64,000 nucleotides of DNA from the NCBI GenBank assembly GCA_019058365.1, contig JAHPZE010000005.1:96001-160000 (forward strand), in the 5' to 3' direction. This DNA is from Promethearchaeota archaeon (GTDB lineage: Archaea; Asgardarchaeota; Lokiarchaeia; Sigyniarchaeales; SOKP01). A model generated the notes under the pieces. The model did no database searches, was not told where the DNA came from, and saw only the letters and a program-made list of their open reading frames with translations. Position numbers and translations under genes: made by a program. Below, piece by piece: positions 19,561 through 29,201 of this stretch; position 1 is the stretch's first letter, and each line of letters begins with the position of its first letter.

Positions 19561-20673
19561 ATGGCGAAAAAACCATTATCTAAAACGACAACCTCATCAA
19601 AATCTTCTCCATCTAAAATTCCAACATTAAAATCTCCTGAAGTAGCACCCACTCAAAAAAAACCCCCCACGTCAATATCTAAAAAAAAAAAACCAATAGA
19701 TAATCTGTCAATTTTAAAAACTTCTCCATATTTGAAACAATCATCAAAGTCTCAGACATCTGGAAAACATTTTACTTTAAAAGAATTGTTTGAGAGAAAT
19801 CTGCTTTCTCAAAAGGAAGAAAAGATGGAAATTATATTAAGTGGACAATATCAAGATGCCCTTGATTTAATGTATGAAGCCGACGCATCAAATCTATACC
19901 CAATTTTAGTGGGACCACCAGGGATTGGCAAAACAACATTATGTCGGTATTATGCCCAATTAAGGGCAGAAATTACGGGAAATGATTCATTTGAGTGGAT
20001 AACTTTTGATGAATCGACTAAACCGGCTCATCTTGTTGGAAGTTTCAACCCTGCAACTACAATACAAAAAGGATTTTCTTTTGAAGCATTTAATCCAGGA
20101 CCTTTAATTAAATCAATGTTAAATGGAGGTTTATTTCTTGCGAATGAAATCAATCGAGCAACTGAATATACTCAAAATTCACTTCTTGAACCATTAGAAG
20201 AAAAAACCTTAGCAATTCCACATATAGGAAGAATAAAAGCATCGCCAGGATTTTTCTTTATCGGCGCCATGAATCCTTCTGAATTAGTAGGTACGCATAG
20301 ATTAGGAGAAGCATTAAAAGATAGGTTTAATGTATGGATTGAACTTGATTATCCTGATAAGAAAACAGAGATGAAGATAATTGAACATAATAATCCATAT
20401 TATAAAATAAACGAGAGCACACTTGAGAAAATATATTTGATTATTAATAGAACTCGTACTCATCATCAAATCCAAACACCTGCTAGTTTAAGGAGTGGCA
20501 TCGCGCTGGCACGTCTTACCGGAGTAGCACAAAAGAAAGTTAAAAAGGATCCAGATAAAATTCTTGGGGATATTGCTAGTAATGTGTTATTCGGAGCGAT
20601 ACAAACAAAACCTGGAGTTAAAATAAATGATGTTATTAAAAATATCATTTCCCAAGTTGTAGGTTCTGCATAA
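19561..20673 (+). CDS. MoxR family AAA+ ATPase with disordered S/K/P/T-rich N-terminus
   Basis: GPPGIGKT, FLANEINRA (Walker B D->N), NSLLEPLEE, GAMNP, ALKDRF, LDYP, lid ASLR. Confidence 0.9.
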   Translation: MAKKPLSKTTTSSKSSPSKIPTLKSPEVAPTQKKPPTSISKKKKPIDNLSILKTSPYLKQSSKSQTSGKHFTLKELFERNLLSQKEEKMEIILSGQYQDALDLMYEADASNLYPILVGPPGIGKTTLCRYYAQLRAEITGNDSFEWITFDESTKPAHLVGSFNPATTIQKGFSFEAFNPGPLIKSMLNGGLFLANEINRATEYTQNSLLEPLEEKTLAIPHIGRIKASPGFFFIGAMNPSELVGTHRLGEALKDRFNVWIELDYPDKKTEMKIIEHNNPYYKINESTLEKIYLIINRTRTHHQIQTPASLRSGIALARLTGVAQKKVKKDPDKILGDIASNVLFGAIQTKPGVKINDVIKNIISQVVGSA

Positions 20674-20710
20674 ATTAAAAATTCAATTCATTTAAGAGAA
20701 GGTAAAGATT

Positions 20711-23323
20711 GTGATATTATTTCCAACTAATCCCGTTTGGTTTTCTCTTAAATTTATAAATGCTTTGAGAAAGCATGAAAAGTGTATAATTAAACCATCT
20801 GTTAGGCAAGCTATTGCTATGTGCAAGCTAATATTCGCAAGATTTTTAAATAGGGGTATGTGTGATATTGAAGATTTTTTAGAAGTTGCAGTAGTAACAA
20901 GCCCCTTAGAAAATCAAGATTTAGCTAAACAATTAGCAAGAGATGTTCTAACTTATGTAGATCCATCAAAAAATACCATCTCTAGTGAAATTAATAATTT
21001 TGATATTTTTGATCATACTAAACCTAAAGATTTAGTAGATGATATTGCACAAGATTTTAGCGATTTGGATGAAATTTATGATGATTTAGAGCTCTTGAAA
21101 GACTTTTTTGGTGAGATCGAAGGCTTAGATTTGGAAACGATGATGGAATCAACTTTTAATACTTTTTTTGATAGATTTGCTAATGAACTTGAGGAAGATC
21201 CATATAAAACAGCACTAGATGTAATAGAAAGAAATTCAATTGTAAATTTTGAAAAAATCCCGGATCTCAAATCTTTATTAAAAAAAGCAAAAGATCTTTT
21301 AAGGAAAAAAGTAAATCATTTAGAACCGGAAGATATTGATTTTGCAAGAAAATTAGGAATTCTTGATGATATAATTGAGGAATCTAGTGTTGCCAGAGAA
21401 AAGATATTGTCTCAATTTGCTAAAGATAAAACTTTAAGTAGAGAGGAAAAAGGAAAACCAAAAGCTGATAATATAATTGGATTAAAGAAATCTTTAGAAA
21501 AGACTTTTCAAAAAAGTTTTTATGATGCCTTAAACCTTGCTGAATTTGGGTTAAAAGGGAAAATCCTTGATAATAAAGAAAAAGAGACTATGAAGAAACT
21601 TTTTAAAGAAAGTTTGAAACAGGGAAATCGAAATCTCAATGATCTATTTAGAGCTACTAAAGTAATGGGTTCGAATCTTGATATTGAGAAGCAAGATTTA
21701 GACCATATTATTGATAATAGTTTAGATTTACCCTTTAAAGATGCTCTTCAGAGTGTTAAGAATTATGATCAATATTTTGGTGGGAGTCTAAGTGATAAGT
21801 ATTTAGAGAAATATAGTAATGATTTAGATACCATCAATAAGAAATATAATTTAGAGGATATCCGAAAAATTTTAATAAAAAATCCAACAAAGACCCCTTC
21901 ATGGCGAAAATTATTGTCTAAAACAATCGATAAAGAAGTTCAAGAACTCAAAAAAAATTATGCTAAAACTGAGGTATTAAATGCACAAATGAAAAATTTA
22001 GCAGATACATTAATTGCATCTCAAGATGAATGCTCTGATTTTGTTTGTAACGCTCAGTTATCTACTAAAATCCAAGATGTAGTAAATAAAACCACAGAAA
22101 TTGCAGTAAATAAAAATGTATTAAGAAATCTTATTAAAAATTTTAATGAAATGGGATTTCTTCCTAATCTTGATTCCATCAGGAAAGCGGGAAAACAATT
22201 AAAAATGTCAGAAGCAGAGATTCTTAGTTTGATAGAAGCAAATTTTAAATACTTTAAGAAAATGGTAGAAGAACACTCAACAACTTATCAAGGCTATAAA
22301 GATTATCTTAAGCAGTTAAAACTTACACCTCAACAAGTTGATCAGATCATAAGAAGCGCCATGGGGACCGTACCACCCAAAACTACTAACTTAGATGCAC
22401 TAAGTGTATTAAGTGAAAAACTTTTATCCCAAGTTCTTAATACTGCTGAAAGCATGGGTGATACAGCTTTAAATTCTGCATTTTCTTCTTTAGGTGCAGG
22501 TAGTGGGTTAGATCTTCTTGAGCAATGGTTTTTTTCAAGACATAATATCTCGGCAAAGGTTAAAAGAAAACTAAAAGAGATTATCAAACACATTATGATA
22601 GATCTTGGGATACGTTCGGCAAATTCTCTAATTGGCTCAGCTAATTCAGGTCCAATTGTAGAAAATATAGTAATTCCTTATACACCTGGTGATGACTTTG
22701 AATTAATAGATCTTGAGGAAACAATAAACAATCTACTAGAGGGAGGTAAAACAGTTGATTTGATTTCTAATGATGATTTTTTAGTAGCTAAAACAAGTCA
22801 AGGACTTCGTTGTTTGGTCCTGGAATTGGATATTAGTGGGAGTATGACAGGACAGAAATTATCGCAAATGGCTCTTTGTGCTACTATGTTAGTCTATGCA
22901 TTCAAGCCAGAAGAGCTAGCTCTTACATTTTTTGAATCTAATACTCAAAGGGTAAAGAATCTCGATGAGGATGTTGAGTTAGAAAGAGTCGTTGATGAAT
23001 TATTAGAAATTCAAGCTAGGGGTGGTACATGTATAAATTTTGCCCTTAAATGGGCGAATCATCAATTTGAGAAAAAAACTCGATCCAAACATAAATTAAA
23101 TGTGCTCTTTACTGATGCCGACGTATTTGATCTTAATAATAGTCTTATAGAATTGAAGAAAATGAGTGAAAAGAACGTTAAATTTGTTATGGTCGTGCCT
23201 AAATTTAATTTTTCTCCTGTTATGGCTAGAAAAATGGTTGAGGAAGCAAACGGAGTTCTTTTAACATTGAATCAGTGGAGAGAATTTCCAAAATTAATTT
23301 CTGAAATTATTACTAACCAATAA
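20711..23323 (+). CDS. Large helical VWA-domain protein, partner of the MoxR ATPase
   Basis: C-terminal VWA: IDLEET, MIDAS LDISGSM, ARGGT, FTDAD. N-terminal AAA-lid-like segment (INALRKH...PSVRQAIA). Confidence 0.85.
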   Translation: MILFPTNPVWFSLKFINALRKHEKCIIKPSVRQAIAMCKLIFARFLNRGMCDIEDFLEVAVVTSPLENQDLAKQLARDVLTYVDPSKNTISSEINNFDIFDHTKPKDLVDDIAQDFSDLDEIYDDLELLKDFFGEIEGLDLETMMESTFNTFFDRFANELEEDPYKTALDVIERNSIVNFEKIPDLKSLLKKAKDLLRKKVNHLEPEDIDFARKLGILDDIIEESSVAREKILSQFAKDKTLSREEKGKPKADNIIGLKKSLEKTFQKSFYDALNLAEFGLKGKILDNKEKETMKKLFKESLKQGNRNLNDLFRATKVMGSNLDIEKQDLDHIIDNSLDLPFKDALQSVKNYDQYFGGSLSDKYLEKYSNDLDTINKKYNLEDIRKILIKNPTKTPSWRKLLSKTIDKEVQELKKNYAKTEVLNAQMKNLADTLIASQDECSDFVCNAQLSTKIQDVVNKTTEIAVNKNVLRNLIKNFNEMGFLPNLDSIRKAGKQLKMSEAEILSLIEANFKYFKKMVEEHSTTYQGYKDYLKQLKLTPQQVDQIIRSAMGTVPPKTTNLDALSVLSEKLLSQVLNTAESMGDTALNSAFSSLGAGSGLDLLEQWFFSRHNISAKVKRKLKEIIKHIMIDLGIRSANSLIGSANSGPIVENIVIPYTPGDDFELIDLEETINNLLEGGKTVDLISNDDFLVAKTSQGLRCLVLELDISGSMTGQKLSQMALCATMLVYAFKPEELALTFFESNTQRVKNLDEDVELERVVDELLEIQARGGTCINFALKWANHQFEKKTRSKHKLNVLFTDADVFDLNNSLIELKKMSEKNVKFVMVVPKFNFSPVMARKMVEEANGVLLTLNQWREFPKLISEIITNQ

Positions 23324-23346
23324 GAAAACTTTCTTAAACTATAGAG

Positions 23347-25686
23347 GTGTTAATTATAGATTTAAAAAACAATCTTAAAAATGCAGACTCTTTCAAGAGG
23401 CATGTCCAAGGAGCTAGATTTAATAGAGGAACTAATATCCCTAATAAAAATATTATTAATTTTAATGTTGAAAAAGATCCAGTTATTAAAGTGATAGCAG
23501 AGCTTCAAGGATCAGGAAATTCTCGGTATGTTATTAATATTTTTCAAGATAATACTGGATTTAAAATCATACATGACTGTCCTGATTTTAAAAAAGGGAC
23601 AAAATTTTGTAAACACATTGTTAAAATTTTATTATTACTTGAAAATCAAGTTTGTCAAACAATTTGTCAGAGTATTTCCAGAATGTTTTTTACCTCAGAT
23701 TTTGGATTGGTTAAAAAAAGCAAGACGACAAGCTATATTCTTAAAGCTGAAGATTTAATTAAGCAAGCTAAGTATTATGAAGCTATTAATTTCCTACATC
23801 AAGCATTTGATGAATCGAAAAATTTTGAATATATCTTAAAAATAGGTGAAATTACGCTAAATTATGATTTCTACGATCAGTTCTTAAAATATTCTATACA
23901 ATTTAAAGAATTAGCAGATAAATATTTAACTGAATATCCAAAAATTATAAGCACAGCAATTTCTAACTTCGACAATTTTAACTTTTCAAAGAAGGTTGAG
24001 ATTTTAATCAATAGTCAAATTTTAATGATGAATTTTCCAAAACTTCTCATGCTGGATGTTTTAAAACATATAACAATAAATGAAATTGAGGAACCAATTC
24101 TAAGATACTTGTTATTGCATAAATTTGAGTCTGAGTTTTATATCATGGATTATTTTAAAGATTTTCCAAAAGATTCTAAATCTAATTTAAAAGATTTAAT
24201 GGAAGAGAATACTTTAGATTTAGTTAATGAAGCGATATTAAATATGGAATCAGAAGAAGAAGTAAAAGCATTTATTACTATAGCACAGAACTGCAAATTT
24301 AACAACGATGGTATAATTTTTTCTAAAGTTCAAGATTACATGAAGAAATTAAAGGATATTTATTTGGAAGGTTTAAAATTAAAGCATGCCTTTCTTCGGT
24401 CTTTAGTTATAGCAAATACGCAAAGTGATAAGTTAAGGCAAATGAAATTTATCAAGAAATATAATTATCCAACTCTCATCTGGACTTCACCATACAAAAG
24501 TGAAACACCTTTACATTATTATATTCTTGAAAAGTGTGGATTTGAGAGCCATCATCTTGAATATACTGATATTAATAATTTTATTGAGAATTATCCTGTA
24601 TTTAAAGATATTTTCCGTGGAAATAATCCAGTACGTTATGAAGTTAAAAATTTTTGGGGCGATTATGAACCGAAAATAAAAAACACTGTCCAATCTAATC
24701 AAAAAGTTGAATTAGACTATGAATTAAATCTACAAGATATTAATAAAGTTATTTTAGTCGAATGGGATTTGGCACAAAAACCGATCCTAGGGAGCTATAC
24801 TTGTCAATTTTCTGATGGGTATCTTATACCAGATGGAACTCATCCTCTAACATATGAAATACAACCTTTTGATATAATATTATGTGAAAAAAATCCAGTA
24901 GTAATAAAGAGCCATAATATTAAAATCATGAAACCTCTAAGAAGAATAAATCAGAAAACAGCAATCGAGTTAGTATGGGCTGGTATTGAATATATATCTT
25001 CTTATTTGCCATTGGATCTCATTGAGGAATTAAAAAAATACAAAATTGATGAATTGGACGCTATTGATAAAATTTTTGAGACCTTTAATAATAGTTTCTT
25101 GCCAAATAAAGACTCTTCAAGAAAATTATTTCACGAATTTATTCAAAATAAAATTATAAAGGAGCTCAATCAAGTATATTTGAACGTAATTAATAACACT
25201 AACTATAGAGATAAAATTCTAAGATTGATTGGATTTGAAAGATATTCTGAGATTTTTAAAAAAAGAACGATTTTACAACAGTTTAAACTGGGAGATCTAA
25301 AAAGAAACTCACTCCAAGAATTAAAACGTGATTTTAAGAAATTTATTTTACAAAAATTAGCAGATTTAATAAAAAGTAAGAATTTTGAAGAAATTGATTT
25401 AAAAATTTTAAGAAGATTTCCCAAATTCAAAAAATTAACCCTCAAACTAATTTATGAGTTAAGAAAGCAACTCATTGAGTGCAAGATATATCAAATTGGT
25501 AAAGAATCTTATGATATCCAGAATTTATTCGAAAATTATTATGGTGAGATTATTATTAGGAATGCTTTAAATGTAATTTCGAGTCAAAAAAGACTTAATA
25601 CAATAATATCTGAGGATGATCTTTCAAAAATTCTAGAAAATTTTAACTACTTGAAATTAAAAACACCAAAAATTATTGAAAAATAG
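23347..25686 (+). CDS. SWIM zinc-finger protein with TPR-like helical region
   Basis: LQGSGNSRYVINI...HDCPDF...FCKHIVKIL (SWIM with first Cys replaced by His), then a TPR-like KAEDLIKQAKYYEAINFL. The start may be ATA 23356. Confidence 0.7.
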   Translation: MLIIDLKNNLKNADSFKRHVQGARFNRGTNIPNKNIINFNVEKDPVIKVIAELQGSGNSRYVINIFQDNTGFKIIHDCPDFKKGTKFCKHIVKILLLLENQVCQTICQSISRMFFTSDFGLVKKSKTTSYILKAEDLIKQAKYYEAINFLHQAFDESKNFEYILKIGEITLNYDFYDQFLKYSIQFKELADKYLTEYPKIISTAISNFDNFNFSKKVEILINSQILMMNFPKLLMLDVLKHITINEIEEPILRYLLLHKFESEFYIMDYFKDFPKDSKSNLKDLMEENTLDLVNEAILNMESEEEVKAFITIAQNCKFNNDGIIFSKVQDYMKKLKDIYLEGLKLKHAFLRSLVIANTQSDKLRQMKFIKKYNYPTLIWTSPYKSETPLHYYILEKCGFESHHLEYTDINNFIENYPVFKDIFRGNNPVRYEVKNFWGDYEPKIKNTVQSNQKVELDYELNLQDINKVILVEWDLAQKPILGSYTCQFSDGYLIPDGTHPLTYEIQPFDIILCEKNPVVIKSHNIKIMKPLRRINQKTAIELVWAGIEYISSYLPLDLIEELKKYKIDELDAIDKIFETFNNSFLPNKDSSRKLFHEFIQNKIIKELNQVYLNVINNTNYRDKILRLIGFERYSEIFKKRTILQQFKLGDLKRNSLQELKRDFKKFILQKLADLIKSKNFEEIDLKILRRFPKFKKLTLKLIYELRKQLIECKIYQIGKESYDIQNLFENYYGEIIIRNALNVISSQKRLNTIISEDDLSKILENFNYLKLKTPKIIEK

Positions 25687-25749
25687 GTTAATCAAATTAT
25701 ACTTCTTATAGGAATAAAGTTATAATTCTGTAAGTTATATTTATTTTTT

Positions 25750-26583
25750 ATGACTGAATTATTTGCTGAAAATATTAATGGAATAAAAATCTGTTATGAA
25801 ATTTATGGAGAAGGATACCCGGTATTTCTTGTACATGGATTTGCTGCTAAAAAAGAGTATTGGATTGCACAAATTAGTGACTTATCTAAAAAGTTCAAAG
25901 TAATAACACTAGATAATCGGGGTGCTGGAAAATCTGATAGACCGAATATACCCTACACGATGGAGATGTTAGTTGATGATTTAAAGGGATTAATGGATTT
26001 TTTGAAAATTGATAAAGCACATCTTATTGGGCACTCTTTGGGGGGAGCTGTAATACAACATTTTGCCGTAAAATATCCTGAGTGCGTTAATAGGATAATA
26101 CTCATTTGCTCATTTCCAGATTTACCACTCGATGAAGTGGGCACAAGAATGTATAAAGAAAACCATATTGCTATATATGAAGCAAGATTAAAGGATCCAA
26201 TCAAATCCTTTTATGATAAAATTAAATTAAGATTCTCTCGCGAATTTATTAAATTAATGAAGGAAGATCCTAAGAAGAAATTCCATGGAATTTTTTCTGC
26301 GAATGATTTAATGGAAAGTGAAAAAATAAATCCCGTAACCCCTCAAGATATTAACAACCTAACTAATACTTTAATCACTTATAGAGTCTTGAATCGATTG
26401 CAAGAAATTAAAAATGAAACTCTAATAATTGCAGGAGATAAAGATAAACTTGCTCCTAAAGCGGCAAGGGACAAGTTGCATGAAAAGATTCCAAATAATA
26501 CATTAAAAATAATTCTAGGAAGCCACTGGGTTAATTTAGAAAAAGCTCCAGAAGTAAATAAAGTTATTTTAGACTTTTTATAG
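25750..26583 (+). CDS. Alpha/beta hydrolase (paralog 1)
   Basis: VHGF, DNRGAGKS, GHSLG nucleophile, GDKD, GSHW. Confidence 0.92.
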   Translation: MTELFAENINGIKICYEIYGEGYPVFLVHGFAAKKEYWIAQISDLSKKFKVITLDNRGAGKSDRPNIPYTMEMLVDDLKGLMDFLKIDKAHLIGHSLGGAVIQHFAVKYPECVNRIILICSFPDLPLDEVGTRMYKENHIAIYEARLKDPIKSFYDKIKLRFSREFIKLMKEDPKKKFHGIFSANDLMESEKINPVTPQDINNLTNTLITYRVLNRLQEIKNETLIIAGDKDKLAPKAARDKLHEKIPNNTLKIILGSHWVNLEKAPEVNKVILDFL

Positions 26584-26587
26584 ATAT

Positions 26588-27352
26588 TTAATTTCTTCCA
26601 AAATGGAGTTTCAACCATTCAATTGTATGCTTTATAAACTCTTTTAGATATTTCTCTTCGATTTCATGAGTAGCATTTTCTACTGGCACAAACCTGTTTT
26701 CATCTTTTTTTGGTAGAAAATTAAATGCTTTCCTTGTTAAATCACATGGTGTTTTTTCATCAGCTTTTCCAACTACAATTAATACGGGGTAATCAAACTT
26801 TTTTAGATGATTTTTTACTCGAAATTTAGCAAAATCTGTCATATAAGTCATATCTATAATTATAGGTTTCCCCTCTACAGATGATGGAATTTCTACAGGA
26901 CCTTTGTCTAAATCCCTGAACCAATCTGCTTGATCGTCAGTAGTATGAAGAAACAAAACTGGTGCCCAAAAAATGTACGTTTTGATTCCTGGTAAATTAG
27001 TTCCTAGTATGGTAAGCCCTCCGAATGATAAACCTAATACAGCTATATTTTGATAACCTTGATTTTGAACCCATTTATATACTGATTCTACATCTTCAAT
27101 CTGTTTAAATAGAGTCACAGGTACTCTCTCATTTTCTCCAGATCCTGTAAAATCAAAAATAAGTCCGTCAATACCTTTATTATTACAAGCATTTGCTAAT
27201 GCAGGAAAATGACCGTGTTCATATTTATCTCCCGTAAAACCATGACACATTATTAGAATTGACGATTTTTTTGCTTCTTTATTATGTATAAAATGGATCC
27301 CATGAAGATCACTACCTGTAGTACTTAAAATTAGCACTTTTTCTTCAATCAT
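26588..27352 (-). CDS. Alpha/beta hydrolase of a different (Hydrolase_4/OsmC-N-like) subfamily
   Basis: CHGFTG, FDFTGSGEN, GLSFGG, GKADE, ATH. Confidence 0.88.
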   Translation of the reverse strand: MIEEKVLILSTTGSDLHGIHFIHNKEAKKSSILIMCHGFTGDKYEHGHFPALANACNNKGIDGLIFDFTGSGENERVPVTLFKQIEDVESVYKWVQNQGYQNIAVLGLSFGGLTILGTNLPGIKTYIFWAPVLFLHTTDDQADWFRDLDKGPVEIPSSVEGKPIIIDMTYMTDFAKFRVKNHLKKFDYPVLIVVGKADEKTPCDLTRKAFNFLPKKDENRFVPVENATHEIEEKYLKEFIKHTIEWLKLHFGRN

Positions 27353-27458
27353 AGATTTTCCCTAGTTACGATACTTTAAACGTATTTAATTAAAGATTTT
27401 ATAATTCTTAAAATTACTTTATGATAATACTTATTATTTTTCTGTTTTTTTAATAGAT

Positions 27459-28310
27459 ATGACTGATTTATTTGCTGATGTGAATGGTATAAACATTTGT
27501 TATGAGAAAAGAGGTGAAGGAGACCCTGTTCTATTAGTTCACGGTTTTGGTGATAGAAAAGAACATTGGCGTGCTCAATTTGGAGAGTTATCAGAACATT
27601 TCCAAGTTATAAGATTTGATAATAGAGGAGCTGGAAAATCAGATAGAGCTGATGGTGTTTATTCGATGGAACTTTTTGCTGATGATATCAAATGCTTATT
27701 GGATTATCTTAAAATAAAGAAAACTCACATAATCGGACACAGTTTAGGTGGGATGATCGTTCAAAATGTCTGTTTAAAATATCCAAAAAGAATTAACAAA
27801 ATAATATTAATCAATACAATAGCCGGTATCGTCCCTCCAGGAGCTCTACCTGACCAAGGAATTGAATGGTATATAAATAAAGCTATTAAAGATAATGAAT
27901 CACTACAAAAAGATCCACTAAATTTATTTATCGAACGTGCTAAAAAAAGTTATTCAAGAGAATTTTGGAAACAAATGAAAGAGAATCCAAAAAAGAGGTT
28001 TCATAATATCTGGTCGGTAGAGGATCTAGTAGAAGAAAAAACTGCTTATGGCCCAACAGAACGAGATTATTATCACCTAGGTGAAGCTTTAAAAACTCAT
28101 AATACTTATGAACGATTACATGAAATAAAAAATGAAGTTTTAATAATTGCCGCAGATAAGGATAAAACAATTCCTTTGGTTATCGCTAAACGAATTCATG
28201 AAAAGCTCCCTAATAGTAAGTTTATTGTTATTGAGAACGCTGGTCATCAATCAATACTAGAATATCCTCATAAAATTAATCAACATATTATAAAATTTTT
28301 AAAAACCTAA
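27459..28310 (+). CDS. Alpha/beta hydrolase (paralog 2)
   Basis: VHGF, DNRGAGKS, GHSLG, ADKD, AGHQ. Confidence 0.92.
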   Translation: MTDLFADVNGINICYEKRGEGDPVLLVHGFGDRKEHWRAQFGELSEHFQVIRFDNRGAGKSDRADGVYSMELFADDIKCLLDYLKIKKTHIIGHSLGGMIVQNVCLKYPKRINKIILINTIAGIVPPGALPDQGIEWYINKAIKDNESLQKDPLNLFIERAKKSYSREFWKQMKENPKKRFHNIWSVEDLVEEKTAYGPTERDYYHLGEALKTHNTYERLHEIKNEVLIIAADKDKTIPLVIAKRIHEKLPNSKFIVIENAGHQSILEYPHKINQHIIKFLKT

Positions 28311-28350
28311 AGTATTTTATATATAATATTATCCTACTAAATTGATTTAT

Positions 28351-29187
28351 ATGACAGAATTGTATGCTGAAGTTAATGGAATAAAAATTTGCTATGAAAT
28401 AAATGGCGAAGGAGAACCCGTCATATTAGTGCATGGATGGGGTGCGTCTAAAGATGGATGGTTTGTTCAAGTTGGCGCTTTATCAAAATATTTTAAAGTT
28501 ATAACATTCGATAATAGAGGAGCGGGTAAAAGTTCAAGACCTAATTATCCATACACAATGGATATGTATGCTGATGATATCAATGGATTGTTAGAATTTC
28601 TGAATATAGAGAAAACCCATTTGATAGGAGAATCTTTAGGTGGTATGATAGCACTCAATTTTATAGTTAAATATCCTGAACGGGTAAATAAATTTATTTT
28701 GATAAATTCATGGCCCGGTTTCCCTAATGAACAAGGTCCAGAAATGTATAGTCAGGGGAAAATAGCTTATTTTGAAGAACTAAAAAAGGATCCTCTTAAT
28801 GCTTTTTTAAAAGGAGCAAAAGCCAGTTATTCTCGAGAATTTTTTAAAATGATGCAAGAAAACCCAAAGAAAAAATTCTTCGGTTTATGGTCAGTAGAGG
28901 ATCTCGTAAATATAGATTTAACTAATCCTTCTACTCCTGAAGATAATAATAATGCTGCAAATGCAGTCAAAGGTCATAATGTTACAAGCCGGCTCCATGA
29001 AATTAAAAGTGAGACTCTTTTGATCTGTGGAGAAAAAGATCGAATCGCAACACTTTCGGTACAAAGAAAGATCCATGAACAAATTCCTAACAGTGTTTTT
29101 AAGATTATAAAAGATGCACGACACGGTGTTTCAAAAGAAAAAGCACCAGAAGTCAATGAAACTATTATAAATTTTTTAAAAAAGTAA
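28351..29187 (+). CDS. Alpha/beta hydrolase (paralog 3)
   Basis: MTELYAEVNG start, VHGW, DNRGAGKS, GESLG, GEKD, ARHG. Confidence 0.92.
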   Translation: MTELYAEVNGIKICYEINGEGEPVILVHGWGASKDGWFVQVGALSKYFKVITFDNRGAGKSSRPNYPYTMDMYADDINGLLEFLNIEKTHLIGESLGGMIALNFIVKYPERVNKFILINSWPGFPNEQGPEMYSQGKIAYFEELKKDPLNAFLKGAKASYSREFFKMMQENPKKKFFGLWSVEDLVNIDLTNPSTPEDNNNAANAVKGHNVTSRLHEIKSETLLICGEKDRIATLSVQRKIHEQIPNSVFKIIKDARHGVSKEKAPEVNETIINFLKK

Positions 29188-29201
29188 TCTTCAAGATTTA
29201 A

